Assembly: GCA_965243325.1 (NCBI GenBank)
Contig: CBDEUQ010000003.1
Span: forward strand, 30,508 to 94,507
Reading direction: 5' to 3'
Source of the DNA: Alphaproteobacteria bacterium
GTDB taxonomy: Bacteria; Pseudomonadota; Alphaproteobacteria; UBA7887
Length of the DNA stretch: 64,000 bases
The notes beneath the pieces are model-generated. The model saw only the letters and a list, made by a program, of their open reading frames with translations, had not been told where the DNA came from and did not search any database. How positions within the stretch are numbered: position 1 is the first letter of the stretch; every line of letters begins with the position of its first letter. Shown here one piece after another: positions 48,659-57,068 of this stretch. The position numbers and the translations under genes were made by a program.

Positions 48659-49117
48659 ATGGCCAGACGCCCCGCCGACGCCAAGACCCGCGCCCTCAAG
48701 GAGCATGGCTGCCTGAACCCGAACGCGGAGGCGGTGCGCGACGAGCTGTTCGTGTCCAATGCGTTCTTCGACCCGCGCGATCTGCTCCAGGTCAAGTACG
48801 AGATGCTGCGCCGGGTGCGCGAAGACGGCGTGCCAGTGAGCCACGCCGCCGCCAGCTTCGGCGTCTCGCGGCCGACCTGGTATCAGGCGCAGCGCGCATG
48901 GGAGGCCGGCGGCCTGCCGGGCCTGCTGCCGGACCGGCCGGGACCGCGCCGGCCCCACAAGCTCAGCGACGAGGTGGTCGAGGCGCTGCGGGCGGCGAAG
49001 AGCGAACGGCCGGAGCTGACCGCCGCCGAGATGGTCGAGCTGGTGCGCGACCGCTTCGGCGTCTCGGTCCATCGCAGCAGCATCGACCGCGCCCTGGCGC
49101 GGGGAAAAAAACGATGA
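48659..49117 (+). CDS. helix-turn-helix protein with IS630/IS481-type winged-HTH N-terminal domain (no DDE domain)
   Basis: …AASFGVSRPTWYQAQRAWEAGGLPGLLPDRPGPRRPHKLSDEVVEALRAA...ELTAAEMVELVRDRFGVSVHRSSIDRAL... follows the HTH-tnp pattern; only 152 aa. Confidence 0.55.
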   Translation: MARRPADAKTRALKEHGCLNPNAEAVRDELFVSNAFFDPRDLLQVKYEMLRRVREDGVPVSHAAASFGVSRPTWYQAQRAWEAGGLPGLLPDRPGPRRPHKLSDEVVEALRAAKSERPELTAAEMVELVRDRFGVSVHRSSIDRALARGKKR

Positions 49118-49419
49118 CGATGCACAACCCACCCTGCACCGCGCTCCCGGCGGCGGAGCCTTCGGCCTACGGACAGGGGTACGAACGGATGCGCCGTCAT
49201 GCCGTCGAGCCCGGCGCCGTCCACGACCGCCACGGAAGCGGCGTGGTGGCGTTGCGCGGCGTCGCGGCCTGGCTGCATGCCTTCGCCGCGCTGCCCGCCC
49301 CGCCGGCGGCCGCGTGCGCGGGGGCCGCGCCCGGGCCGTTGCCCACCGGGGTCGAGACGTCGGCGATCGACATTCTGATCGCCATGCTCAACGGCCATAT
49401 GGAAGGAAAGCCGGCATGA
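49114..49419 (+). CDS. hypothetical protein (101 aa), translationally coupled between the HTH gene and the serine recombinase
   Basis: ATGA overlap at both ends (49114-49117 and 49416-49419). Confidence 0.45.
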   Translation: MTMHNPPCTALPAAEPSAYGQGYERMRRHAVEPGAVHDRHGSGVVALRGVAAWLHAFAALPAPPAAACAGAAPGPLPTGVETSAIDILIAMLNGHMEGKPA

Positions 49420-51437
49420 GCAGCGCCCATCAGAAGGTGGATACGGGCCATCTGAGCCGCGATGCCTACTTGTACGTGCGCCAGTCAAGCCTGCAGCAGG
49501 TGTTCGACCATGGCGAGAGCACGCGCCGCCAGTACGCGCTGCGGGAGCGCGCCGTGGCGCTGGGCTGGCCGACCGAGAACATCGTCGTGATCGACCGCGA
49601 TCTCGGCCTCTCTGGCGCCGACAGCGACCGCGAGGGGTTCCAGCACCTGGTCGCCGAGGTCGGCATGGGCCGGGCCGGCATCGTGCTCGGGCTCGAGGTC
49701 AGCCGTCTCGCGCGCAACTCCACCGACTGGCATCGGCTGATCGAGCTCTGCGCGCTGAGCGAGACACTGATCCTCGACGAGGACGGCGTCTACGATCCCG
49801 TCGACTTCAATGACCGGCTCCTGCTGGGGCTTAAAGGCACGATGAGCGAGGCAGAGCTGCACATGATGCGCGCCCGGCTGCGCGGCGGGACGCTCAACGC
49901 GGCCAAGCGCGGGGAGTTGAAGCTTCCTCTGCCGGTGGGGCTGGTCTACGACCCGCTCGACCAGGTGGTGCTCGACCCCGACGAACAAGTGCAGCACGGC
50001 CTGCGCCTGCTGTTCGACACCTTCACCCGGACCGGCTCCGCGCAGGCCACGGTGAAGCACTTCAACAGAGAGAAGCTGCTGTTCCCCCACCGTCCTCTCA
50101 GCGGACCGCAAAAGGGCGAGCTGCATTGGAAGCGGCTGAAGTTCTCGCAGGTGATCAACACGCTGCACAACCCGCGATACGCCGGTGCCTTCGCGTACGG
50201 CCGCACCCGGCGCCGCCGGCGGCCCGGCGGCGGTGTCGAGCACAGGCGCCTGGCGCGCGAGGAATGGACGGTGCTGTTGCGCGACGCGCACCCGGGCTAC
50301 ATCACCTGGGAGCGGTTCGAGGAGAACGAACTGCAACTCCGGAACAATGCGCAATCCTACGAAGCGAAGCGCCGCAGCCCCCCGCGCGAGGGACCGGCAC
50401 TGCTGCAGGGCCTGGCCATCTGCGGCGTCTGCGGCCGGAGCATGACGGTCCGCTACCGCACCCGTAAAGGACGGCAATATCCCGATTATGTGTGCCAGAG
50501 AGAAGGGATCGAGACAGCGAGCGGCAGCGTGTGTCAGGGCGTATCGGGCGGCGCCATCGATCGCGCGGTCGGCGAGCTGCTGGTGGAACTGGTGACACCG
50601 CTCACGCTGGACGTCGCGCTCCAAGTGCAGAACGAGCTCACGGCCCGCGCCGAGGAGGCCGATTTATGGCGTTCCCAACAGGTGCAGCGCGCCCGCGAGG
50701 AAGCGGACTTGGCGAGGCAACGGTTCATGCAGACCCATCCCGACAACCGGATGGTCGCCGACGTGCTGGAGGCGGAATGGAACGCGAAACTCCGGGCCCT
50801 GGACGAGGCGCAGCACGAGCTCGATCGCAGCCGCGCCGAGCCTGACCGGGGGTTGGACGATGAGCAACGAAAGCGAGTGCTTGAGCTGGCCAGAGACTTC
50901 CCCCGCCTGTGGAACGATCCGGCGACGCCGCACCGCGAGCGCAAGCGGATGGCGCGGCTGCTGATCGAGGACGTGACGCTGACCAAGGCCACGCGGAGCC
51001 TGGGAGTGCGCCTGCGCGGCGGCGCGACCAGAGAGCTCATCTGGACGCCGGATCCACGCGTGTATGAAATCCGCAGGACCAGCGATGAGATCGTTGCCGA
51101 GATCGACAGGCTGTTGGATGACCACACGGATGGCGAGATTGCGTCGATCCTCAATACGCGCGGATCCCGAACCGGGCATGGCCATGCCTTTACCCCGAAG
51201 CTGGTGACAGCAACCCGCCACAATCGGTCTCTCAGGTCACGCTACGAGCGGCTTCGCGATCGTGGGCTGTTGACGATCCATGAGGCCGCCGACCGGCTCA
51301 CCGTCTCGATCCGCACCATCAAAAAATGGCGCAGGGCCGGGCGTCTGCGCGGTTATGCCTACAACGACAGACCGGAATACCTGTTCGAGGTTCCCGATCT
51401 CCCGCCGACCAGGCAGGCAAGTCGATGCGGCCCGTGA
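49416..51437 (+). CDS. large serine recombinase (resolvase/invertase N-domain, recombinase domain, zinc ribbon, coiled coil)
   Basis: N-terminal YLYVRQSSLQQ...S...Q (catalytic Ser), ...GLKGTMSEAELHMMRARLRGG..., zinc ribbon LAICGVCGRSMTVRYR...YVCQ..., long C-terminal coiled coil; 673 aa. Confidence 0.85.
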   Translation: MSSAHQKVDTGHLSRDAYLYVRQSSLQQVFDHGESTRRQYALRERAVALGWPTENIVVIDRDLGLSGADSDREGFQHLVAEVGMGRAGIVLGLEVSRLARNSTDWHRLIELCALSETLILDEDGVYDPVDFNDRLLLGLKGTMSEAELHMMRARLRGGTLNAAKRGELKLPLPVGLVYDPLDQVVLDPDEQVQHGLRLLFDTFTRTGSAQATVKHFNREKLLFPHRPLSGPQKGELHWKRLKFSQVINTLHNPRYAGAFAYGRTRRRRRPGGGVEHRRLAREEWTVLLRDAHPGYITWERFEENELQLRNNAQSYEAKRRSPPREGPALLQGLAICGVCGRSMTVRYRTRKGRQYPDYVCQREGIETASGSVCQGVSGGAIDRAVGELLVELVTPLTLDVALQVQNELTARAEEADLWRSQQVQRAREEADLARQRFMQTHPDNRMVADVLEAEWNAKLRALDEAQHELDRSRAEPDRGLDDEQRKRVLELARDFPRLWNDPATPHRERKRMARLLIEDVTLTKATRSLGVRLRGGATRELIWTPDPRVYEIRRTSDEIVAEIDRLLDDHTDGEIASILNTRGSRTGHGHAFTPKLVTATRHNRSLRSRYERLRDRGLLTIHEAADRLTVSIRTIKKWRRAGRLRGYAYNDRPEYLFEVPDLPPTRQASRCGP

Positions 51438-51473
51438 CGAAAGCCGAAATCTGCCCCGGTGTTCGACGGAATA

Positions 51474-52355
51474 ATGGAGGTGCAGTATGCAGCATGCTTC
51501 CGGCGGGCCGCGAAACGCCTGCGCCGCGCCGAGCGCCGGGCCGCCGGCCTCTGCGAAACCTGCGCGGCGCCCGTGACCGGCAGGGCGGCCTATTGCGACT
51601 CCTGCGCCGCCGCCCGGAACGAACGGCGGCAGCGCAATCCGGAGCCGGCGCGCGAGGCCGACCGCCGACGCTATGCCGAGCGGCGCAAACGGGGCGACTG
51701 CACGAGCTGCGGCAAGCCGGTCCAGGGGACGGCCGAGTGCCGGACGTGCCGCGACGCTCACCGGGCACGCTACGACTCCCGCCGGGCCGCCGGGGTCTGC
51801 GTCAAGTGCCGGACCCCCACCGACGGCGGCGCGGCCTACTGCGATCCCTGCGCCGCCGCCAAGGCCGCGAGCCGCGACCGCGACCGCGCGGCGGAATACG
51901 CGGCCAGGCGCCGGCGGTATGCCGAACGGCGGGCGAAGGGGCGCTGCGTCGCGTGCAACGCGCCATCGCCGGACGCGGCGCGCTGCAAACCTTGTGCGGC
52001 CGTCAACGCCGGGCAGCGTGATCGTGAGGCGGAGAAAGCCGCCCGGCGCCGGCGGTATGCCGAGCGGCGGGCGAAGGGACGCTGTGTCGAGTGCGACGCG
52101 CCGTCGCCCGGGGCGGCGCGGTGCGAGCCCTGTTCCCTCCGGCACCGCGAGCGCTCGGGAGCGTTCCGCGGCATCCCGCTATGGGACCCGAGCTGGACGG
52201 TGATCGAGATCGCCACCGGGGTCTGTCACGGCACCTATGACAGCGAGATGGAGGTCGCGGCCTGTCTCGCCTTCGCCAGGCTCTCGCGCGACGAGGTCGA
52301 GGTGATCGCCGACGCCAGCCCGATGGCGGGTTTCATTGCGCCCGGTTGGCAGTGA
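51474..52355 (+). CDS. Arg-rich protein with 5 tandem Cys4 zinc-ribbon modules plus a conserved C-terminal domain (family member 2)
   Basis: Repeats RRRYAERRAKGRCVACNAPSP.AARCKPC... (the last two nearly identical at DNA level), then C-terminal ...FRGIPLWDPSWTVIEIATGVCHGTYDSEMEVAACLAFARLSRDEVEVIADASPMA... Confidence 0.6.
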   Translation: MEVQYAACFRRAAKRLRRAERRAAGLCETCAAPVTGRAAYCDSCAAARNERRQRNPEPAREADRRRYAERRKRGDCTSCGKPVQGTAECRTCRDAHRARYDSRRAAGVCVKCRTPTDGGAAYCDPCAAAKAASRDRDRAAEYAARRRRYAERRAKGRCVACNAPSPDAARCKPCAAVNAGQRDREAEKAARRRRYAERRAKGRCVECDAPSPGAARCEPCSLRHRERSGAFRGIPLWDPSWTVIEIATGVCHGTYDSEMEVAACLAFARLSRDEVEVIADASPMAGFIAPGWQ

Positions 52356-52425
52356 TGAGCGGGGAGATCCCTGCTGCGTCGCCGGCCCGCCGCCCGCAAT
52401 TCAGCACGACAGGAAGGACACCGCG

Positions 52426-53574
52426 ATGACCGCGAAGGACATCGACACGCTGCGCGCCGAATATCGCGAACGCTACCACCGCCGCACCGCCGAGCGCCGT
52501 TCGAAGGGCCTCTGCGTGCATTGCGGCGAGCGTCCGCCCAAACCCGGCCGCAGCCGGTGCGAGCCGTGCGCGGCCAAGAAGCGGCCGGCCCACCGCGCCC
52601 GCTACCATCGCCGCACCGCCGAGCGCGTCGCGCGGGGGCTCTGCCCGAAATGCGGCAAGCGCCCGCCCGCGCCGGAGCGCAGCCAGTGCGCGCCCTGCCT
52701 GGAGAAGGACGCCGCCGCCGGCCGGGCCCGGGACGCGAGGCTCAGGGCCGCCGGCATCCCGCGCCGCGATCCGGCCAAGGCCGCCGAGTACGAGCGCGGG
52801 CGCAACCGCCGCCGGGCCGAGTACCGCCGCGCCAGGGGGCTGTGCGCCGCCTGCGGCAAGTCCCCGCCGGCGCCTGGCCGCGTGTCCTGCGAGCCGTGCC
52901 TGGAGACGCGCCGCGCGCAGGACCGCGCGAAATACGCGGCCGGCAAGGCGGCGGGCAAGCTCTACGGCGGGGCCGATCCCGAGGCTTGCCGCAAGGCCGC
53001 CCGCGCCCGCAGCCGGCGGCGGAGGAAAGCCTGGATCGAGGCCGGGCTCTGCGTCCGCTGCGGCGCGACACCGGAGGTCGAGGGCAGCACGAACTGCGAG
53101 GCCTGCAAGCAGAAAAGCCGGGCCAGGGGCCGCCGCAAATACGCCGAACGGCGCGCCGCCGGGCTCTGCACCAAGTGCGGAAGCCCCGCTTTCGACGGCC
53201 TGGCCTATTGCGGCGCCTGCGCCGCCATCCGCGAGGTCCAGCGGCCGCCGGAGGTCAAGAACGCCCAGTCCCGGCGGCGATACGCCGAACGGCGCGCCCG
53301 CGACCGGTGCACCGACTGCGGCGCGCCGTCCCAGGGCGCCTCGCGCTGCGTGCCGTGCGCGGAACGCTCGCACCACCGCTCGACATACTTCAAGGGCATC
53401 CCGATCTGGGACCCGAGCTGGACCGTGATCGAGATCGCCACCGGCGAGGCGCTCGGCACCTTCGACAGCGAGGCCGACGTGGCGCTCTGCCTCGCCTTCG
53501 AGAAGCTGGCGCGCGACCAGGTCGAGGTAATCGCCGACATCAGCCCGATGGCGATGCACACGAGCTGGACCTGA
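52426..53574 (+). CDS. Arg-rich protein with 7 tandem Cys4 zinc-ribbon modules plus the same C-terminal domain (family member 3)
   Basis: RBS AGGAAGGA; repeats ...RRTAERxxxGLCxxCGxRPPxPxRSxCxPC...; C-terminal ...FKGIPIWDPSWTVIEIATGEALGTFDSEADVALCLAFEKLARDQVEVIADISPMA... shared with member 2. Confidence 0.65.
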   Translation: MTAKDIDTLRAEYRERYHRRTAERRSKGLCVHCGERPPKPGRSRCEPCAAKKRPAHRARYHRRTAERVARGLCPKCGKRPPAPERSQCAPCLEKDAAAGRARDARLRAAGIPRRDPAKAAEYERGRNRRRAEYRRARGLCAACGKSPPAPGRVSCEPCLETRRAQDRAKYAAGKAAGKLYGGADPEACRKAARARSRRRRKAWIEAGLCVRCGATPEVEGSTNCEACKQKSRARGRRKYAERRAAGLCTKCGSPAFDGLAYCGACAAIREVQRPPEVKNAQSRRRYAERRARDRCTDCGAPSQGASRCVPCAERSHHRSTYFKGIPIWDPSWTVIEIATGEALGTFDSEADVALCLAFEKLARDQVEVIADISPMAMHTSWT

Positions 53575-53739
53575 CCGGATCGCCGGCCCCGGCCGCCTAG
53601 CCGGGGAACGGGCGCGGCGGGGTCTCCCCGCTGCGCTGCCGGCCCGCCGTCCGCCGGTAATCGACGCGCCGGCCTTCTCGACATGCGTATAGCCGGCCGG
53701 GCGCCCGCCGGCCCGACCCCAACCGAAGGAGCTTTCACT

Positions 53740-54006
53740 ATGACCGCCTGCATCCCCGACGATCCCGCCTATTGCTTCTGTCCGATTGCGGAAGAGGACG
53801 GCGAACCGCCGCAGATTCGCATTTTGGTGGAAGGTCTCATCTTCGCCATCCCCACCGCGCTGGTCGCCCTCGACCGCGAGCAGGGGCTCGACGTGTGCGA
53901 CCGGTTGAACCGGGCGCTCGGTCTCGATCGCGCCTCCTGGACCGCGCTGGCCGCGCGCTGCCTGCGCGCCGGCGCCGGCGGCATGAACGGCAGCACCGTG
54001 CACTGA
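53740..54006 (+). CDS. hypothetical protein (88 aa)
   Basis: RBS GAAGGAG upstream of the ATG; no recognised domain. Confidence 0.35.
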   Translation: MTACIPDDPAYCFCPIAEEDGEPPQIRILVEGLIFAIPTALVALDREQGLDVCDRLNRALGLDRASWTALAARCLRAGAGGMNGSTVH

Positions 54007-54211
54007 AACCGCCCGGAATCGCCGCCGCGCTTTCCGGCTCGCCAACCGCCGCGCCAGTTACCGCGGGCGCGGGGCGTGACGGCGCCGGCGTCGGCACGGG
54101 GTTCGCCCGGGAGTTGGAGGGGAGCTTTCGCGGGGGCGTGTCCGGCAGGGCGGCGGGAGGGAGTCCGGTCGCCTCGATGCCTGGCGCGGCAACGCGAAGG
54201 AGGTTTTCGCC

Positions 54212-54457
54212 ATGTTCCTGTCCGACCATTCCCCCGACCTTCCCGCCGGCAGCCTGCTGCTGGCCGAGCTGGGGATCGACCCGGCCGCCGTCCGCGAGGC
54301 GATCGAGGACGAGCGCGCGATGCGGTGCCCCGAGCGACCGGCGATCTATCCCGAGCACGGTTTCGCCGGCCTCTTCCCGGAACCGGCGGTGGGCGGTTTC
54401 GGCGAGGCGGTGCCGGACGAGCCCTGGGACCCGGCGTCGTCGCTCCCTCCGGCGTGA
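54212..54457 (+). CDS. hypothetical protein (81 aa)
   Basis: Strong RBS GAAGGAGG; acidic small protein. Confidence 0.4.
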   Translation: MFLSDHSPDLPAGSLLLAELGIDPAAVREAIEDERAMRCPERPAIYPEHGFAGLFPEPAVGGFGEAVPDEPWDPASSLPPA

Positions 54458-54573
54458 TGGAGGTGGAGGAGGGCTTGGAGAAGGTGAGCGGCGGGGGGCC
54501 GGGGGGAGAGATCGTCCCGGCTTCCCGTCGTTCGCAAACCATCGTCAGAATCCTGAGCCACAAGGAGATAGCA

Positions 54574-55041
54574 ATGGCTTTCGGAAAGAACTACGCGGAA
54601 ATCGTCGGACACCTCGGCGGCGATGTCGTCATCAACCATCTCGCCTCGGGCGGGCGCGTCGCGAACTTGAGCGTGGCGACCGACGAGTCCTATTTCGACC
54701 GCGCCGGCCAGAAGGTCGACCAGACCGAGTGGCATCGCGTCGTCACCTTCCAGGACGGGCTGATCGACATGCTGGAGCGGCACGCCAGGAAGGGCCGGCT
54801 TATCAGCGTCGAGGGCAAGCTGCGGACGCGGCGCTGGAAGAAGGACGGCGACGACTCCTGGCGCTACTCGACCGAGATCCTCGTCGTGCCGGGCGATCGG
54901 GTCCAGTTCTACGACAAGCCGAACCGCGCCAACGGCAACGGCGCCCAGGCCGAGCCCGCTCCGGCGAACGGCGAGGCGATGCCGGCCGGCGGTGACCCTG
55001 CACAGGCCGACGACCTCGGATCGGATCGTATCCCCTTCTGA
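54574..55041 (+). CDS. ssb: single-stranded DNA-binding protein
   Basis: OB-fold N-domain (…WHRVVTFQDGLIDMLERHARKGRLISVEGKLRTRRWKKDG...), Gly/Pro/Ala-rich linker and acidic tail ending DDLGSDRIPF. Confidence 0.8.
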   Translation: MAFGKNYAEIVGHLGGDVVINHLASGGRVANLSVATDESYFDRAGQKVDQTEWHRVVTFQDGLIDMLERHARKGRLISVEGKLRTRRWKKDGDDSWRYSTEILVVPGDRVQFYDKPNRANGNGAQAEPAPANGEAMPAGGDPAQADDLGSDRIPF

Positions 55042-55074
55042 GCCGGTTCCCCTCCCTCCCAACTCGGGCGGCCG

Positions 55075-55100
55075 TTTCGGCGGTCGTCCTTTTTTTCTGC
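55075..55100 (+). terminator. weak terminator-like hairpin plus T7 run after ssb
   Basis: GCCGtttCGGC followed by CCTTTTTTTC. Confidence 0.3.
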
Positions 55101-55184
55101 CGTGGGTCCGGTGTCCGCCGCCGCGCCGGGAGTGGAGAAAAGCGGAGGGTCGGGCAAGCCGACTGAAGAGAGAGGGAGGAGGCC

Positions 55185-55622
55185 ATGGCCATCCGCTACG
55201 TCATCCGCACCGTCGACGAGGACTGGATCGATCTTGTCGACGAACCCGTCCGCATCGACGACCGCCGCGCCGCCTGGGCCGAGGTCCGGCGCCGCATCGC
55301 CGCCGATCCCGATCTGAAGACCGTCGTCATCAATCGCGACAACGGCGCGATCCTCTGGCAGAGCGATCCCGACGTTCCGCCGCGCTACCGCGTCGCCACC
55401 GCCGACCGGACGTACGTCTACGCCATCGACGATGTCGACTTCCCCATTGAGGTCCTCTCCGAGCACAAGGAGAAGGACGACGCCTGGACCGCCTTCTACG
55501 ACGCGGTTGCGGCCTCCGGCGACGAGCTGGTGTTCATCTTCGACATCTCCGGGCCGCAGCGCCGCATCGTCGCCAACTCCGACGATTTCGATCATCTCAA
55601 GCCCGTCCGGGACGTGGCGTGA
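55185..55622 (+). CDS. hypothetical protein (145 aa)
   Basis: Strong RBS GAGGGAGGAGG; no recognised domain. Confidence 0.45.
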   Translation: MAIRYVIRTVDEDWIDLVDEPVRIDDRRAAWAEVRRRIAADPDLKTVVINRDNGAILWQSDPDVPPRYRVATADRTYVYAIDDVDFPIEVLSEHKEKDDAWTAFYDAVAASGDELVFIFDISGPQRRIVANSDDFDHLKPVRDVA

Positions 55623-55942
55623 TGCCGGGCCGGTCGCGTAGGCGGACGGGAGGGTTGGGCGACCCCCTTCGGGGCCGGGCTCTCCGCTCATATCGTCACT
55701 CGCTGGCGCTCGCGCCGAAACCGCTGCGATCCCTGTCGCCTCCGCCCGCTGGCGCGGGCTGCGCGCTCCGCTTGCCAATGCGCCCGGCAGGTCCGGGGAT
55801 CGTTTCCAGGGCCGTGCAGGCCGAGAGGCCGATGGGGTCCGTGCAGGTGGAGAGGGAGGGGCTGGCCGCTGTGCTGTCTCATTGTCCCACACGTGCTCGG
55901 GCCAGCAACCCCTGCGGGGTCCTCCGCTCCGCTCCGGCCTGG

Positions 55943-56055
55943 CCCAAGAAGCTCTAGGGCGGACCGTGAAAGTTGCCGACCGTGAAGATCGCTGGCGCGA
56001 TCTTCCGCACCACTCGCCGACTTTCCGCACCACTCCGCCCAAGAGCTTCTAAGGC
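55943..56055. repeat. repeat-rich intergenic segment (candidate cis-acting site such as oriT, iteron or recombination site)
   Basis: Bounded by CCCAAGAAGCTCTAGGGC (55943-55960) and CCCAAGAGCTTCTAAGGC (56038-56055). Inside are GACCGTGAA x2, the palindrome GATCGCtggcGCGATC and TTCCGCACCACTC x2. Confidence 0.6.
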
Positions 56056-56138
56056 CAGGTGCTCGCCCTGTGCGCGCGTGAGCCAAAGAGACATCACATC
56101 GGCGCACAACGCTCCGGTGCATCCAACAGGAGACCGTC

Positions 56139-57068
56139 ATGAACATCATCGAGAACATCGACACCATCGAAGCCGGCGGGCAGTCCGCCACCGCGACCGC
56201 CTGCGAGCACGCTGCCCTCTTCGGCGCGACCCCCGAGCGGGACGAGTTCGACACCCGGGACGTCTGGGACGCCGACGAAGCGATCTGCGCCATGCAGGAA
56301 GCCTTCGGGCTCCTCGCCGACGCCGTCGCACCGGACGGGTTCCAGCTCGCCGACGAACGCGAGAGCCTGCTGTGGGGCTTCGTCAACATGCTCGACGCCC
56401 AGACCAACCGCCTCGACCGCGCCGCCGACAAGCTGATGCCCGAGCTGCGCGATCTCCAGCGCGAGCAGGACGGCACCGAGATCAAGTCGTTCGAGCTGGA
56501 ACTGAAGACCGACCGCGCGCAGAACCTCACCGCGCGCCGCGATGCCTTCGAGACCCTGCGCGACGCAGCCGCCGAGAGCTACCGCGACGCCACCGGCACC
56601 ACCTGGCGGCCCCGGCGCGGATCGCACGTCTCGCAGACCGGCACGCTCACCTCCGCCGCCATCGACGCCCGCGACTTCGCCCGCGCGAGGCAGGACCGCA
56701 AGACCGCCGCGCACCTGCCGCAGGGCACCCTGGTCGCCATCGCGGGCGGCAAGGACGTGACCGACCCCGGCGCGGTGATCGACATGCTCGACAGGACCCG
56801 CGCCAAGCACGCCGACATGGTGCTCGTCCACGGCGGCGGCCCCGGCGTCGAGAAGATCGCCGCGCGCTGGGCCGAGCGCAACGGCGTCCACCAGGTCGTC
56901 TGCAAGCCGGACTGGGACCGCCACGGACGCGCCGCCCCGTTCCGCCGCAACGAGGAACTGCTCAACCTCCTGCCGAAGGGCGTCATCGCGTTCCCCGGCA
57001 GCGGCATCACCGAGAACCTCGTGGACCGCGCGCGGCAGCTCGGCATCCCAGTCTGCCGCGCGAGCTGA
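56139..57068 (+). CDS. DUF2493 (SLOG / DprA-LOG-like Rossmann) domain protein with an uncharacterised N-terminal region
   Basis: C-terminal ...LVAIAGGKDVTDPGAVIDMLDRTRAKHADMVLVHGGGPGVEKIAARWAERNGVHQVVCKPDWDRHGRAAPFRRNEELLN...VIAFPGSGITENLVDRARQLGIPV matches DUF2493. Confidence 0.55.
   Translation: MNIIENIDTIEAGGQSATATACEHAALFGATPERDEFDTRDVWDADEAICAMQEAFGLLADAVAPDGFQLADERESLLWGFVNMLDAQTNRLDRAADKLMPELRDLQREQDGTEIKSFELELKTDRAQNLTARRDAFETLRDAAAESYRDATGTTWRPRRGSHVSQTGTLTSAAIDARDFARARQDRKTAAHLPQGTLVAIAGGKDVTDPGAVIDMLDRTRAKHADMVLVHGGGPGVEKIAARWAERNGVHQVVCKPDWDRHGRAAPFRRNEELLNLLPKGVIAFPGSGITENLVDRARQLGIPVCRAS

Noticed and set aside
55943-56055. Repeat-rich segment as a CRISPR-like or REP element
   Set aside because: The repeats are heterogeneous (two direct-repeat pairs plus palindromes) within about 110 bp and occur once. 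This is more consistent with a protein-binding cis site than with an interspersed repeat family or CRISPR.
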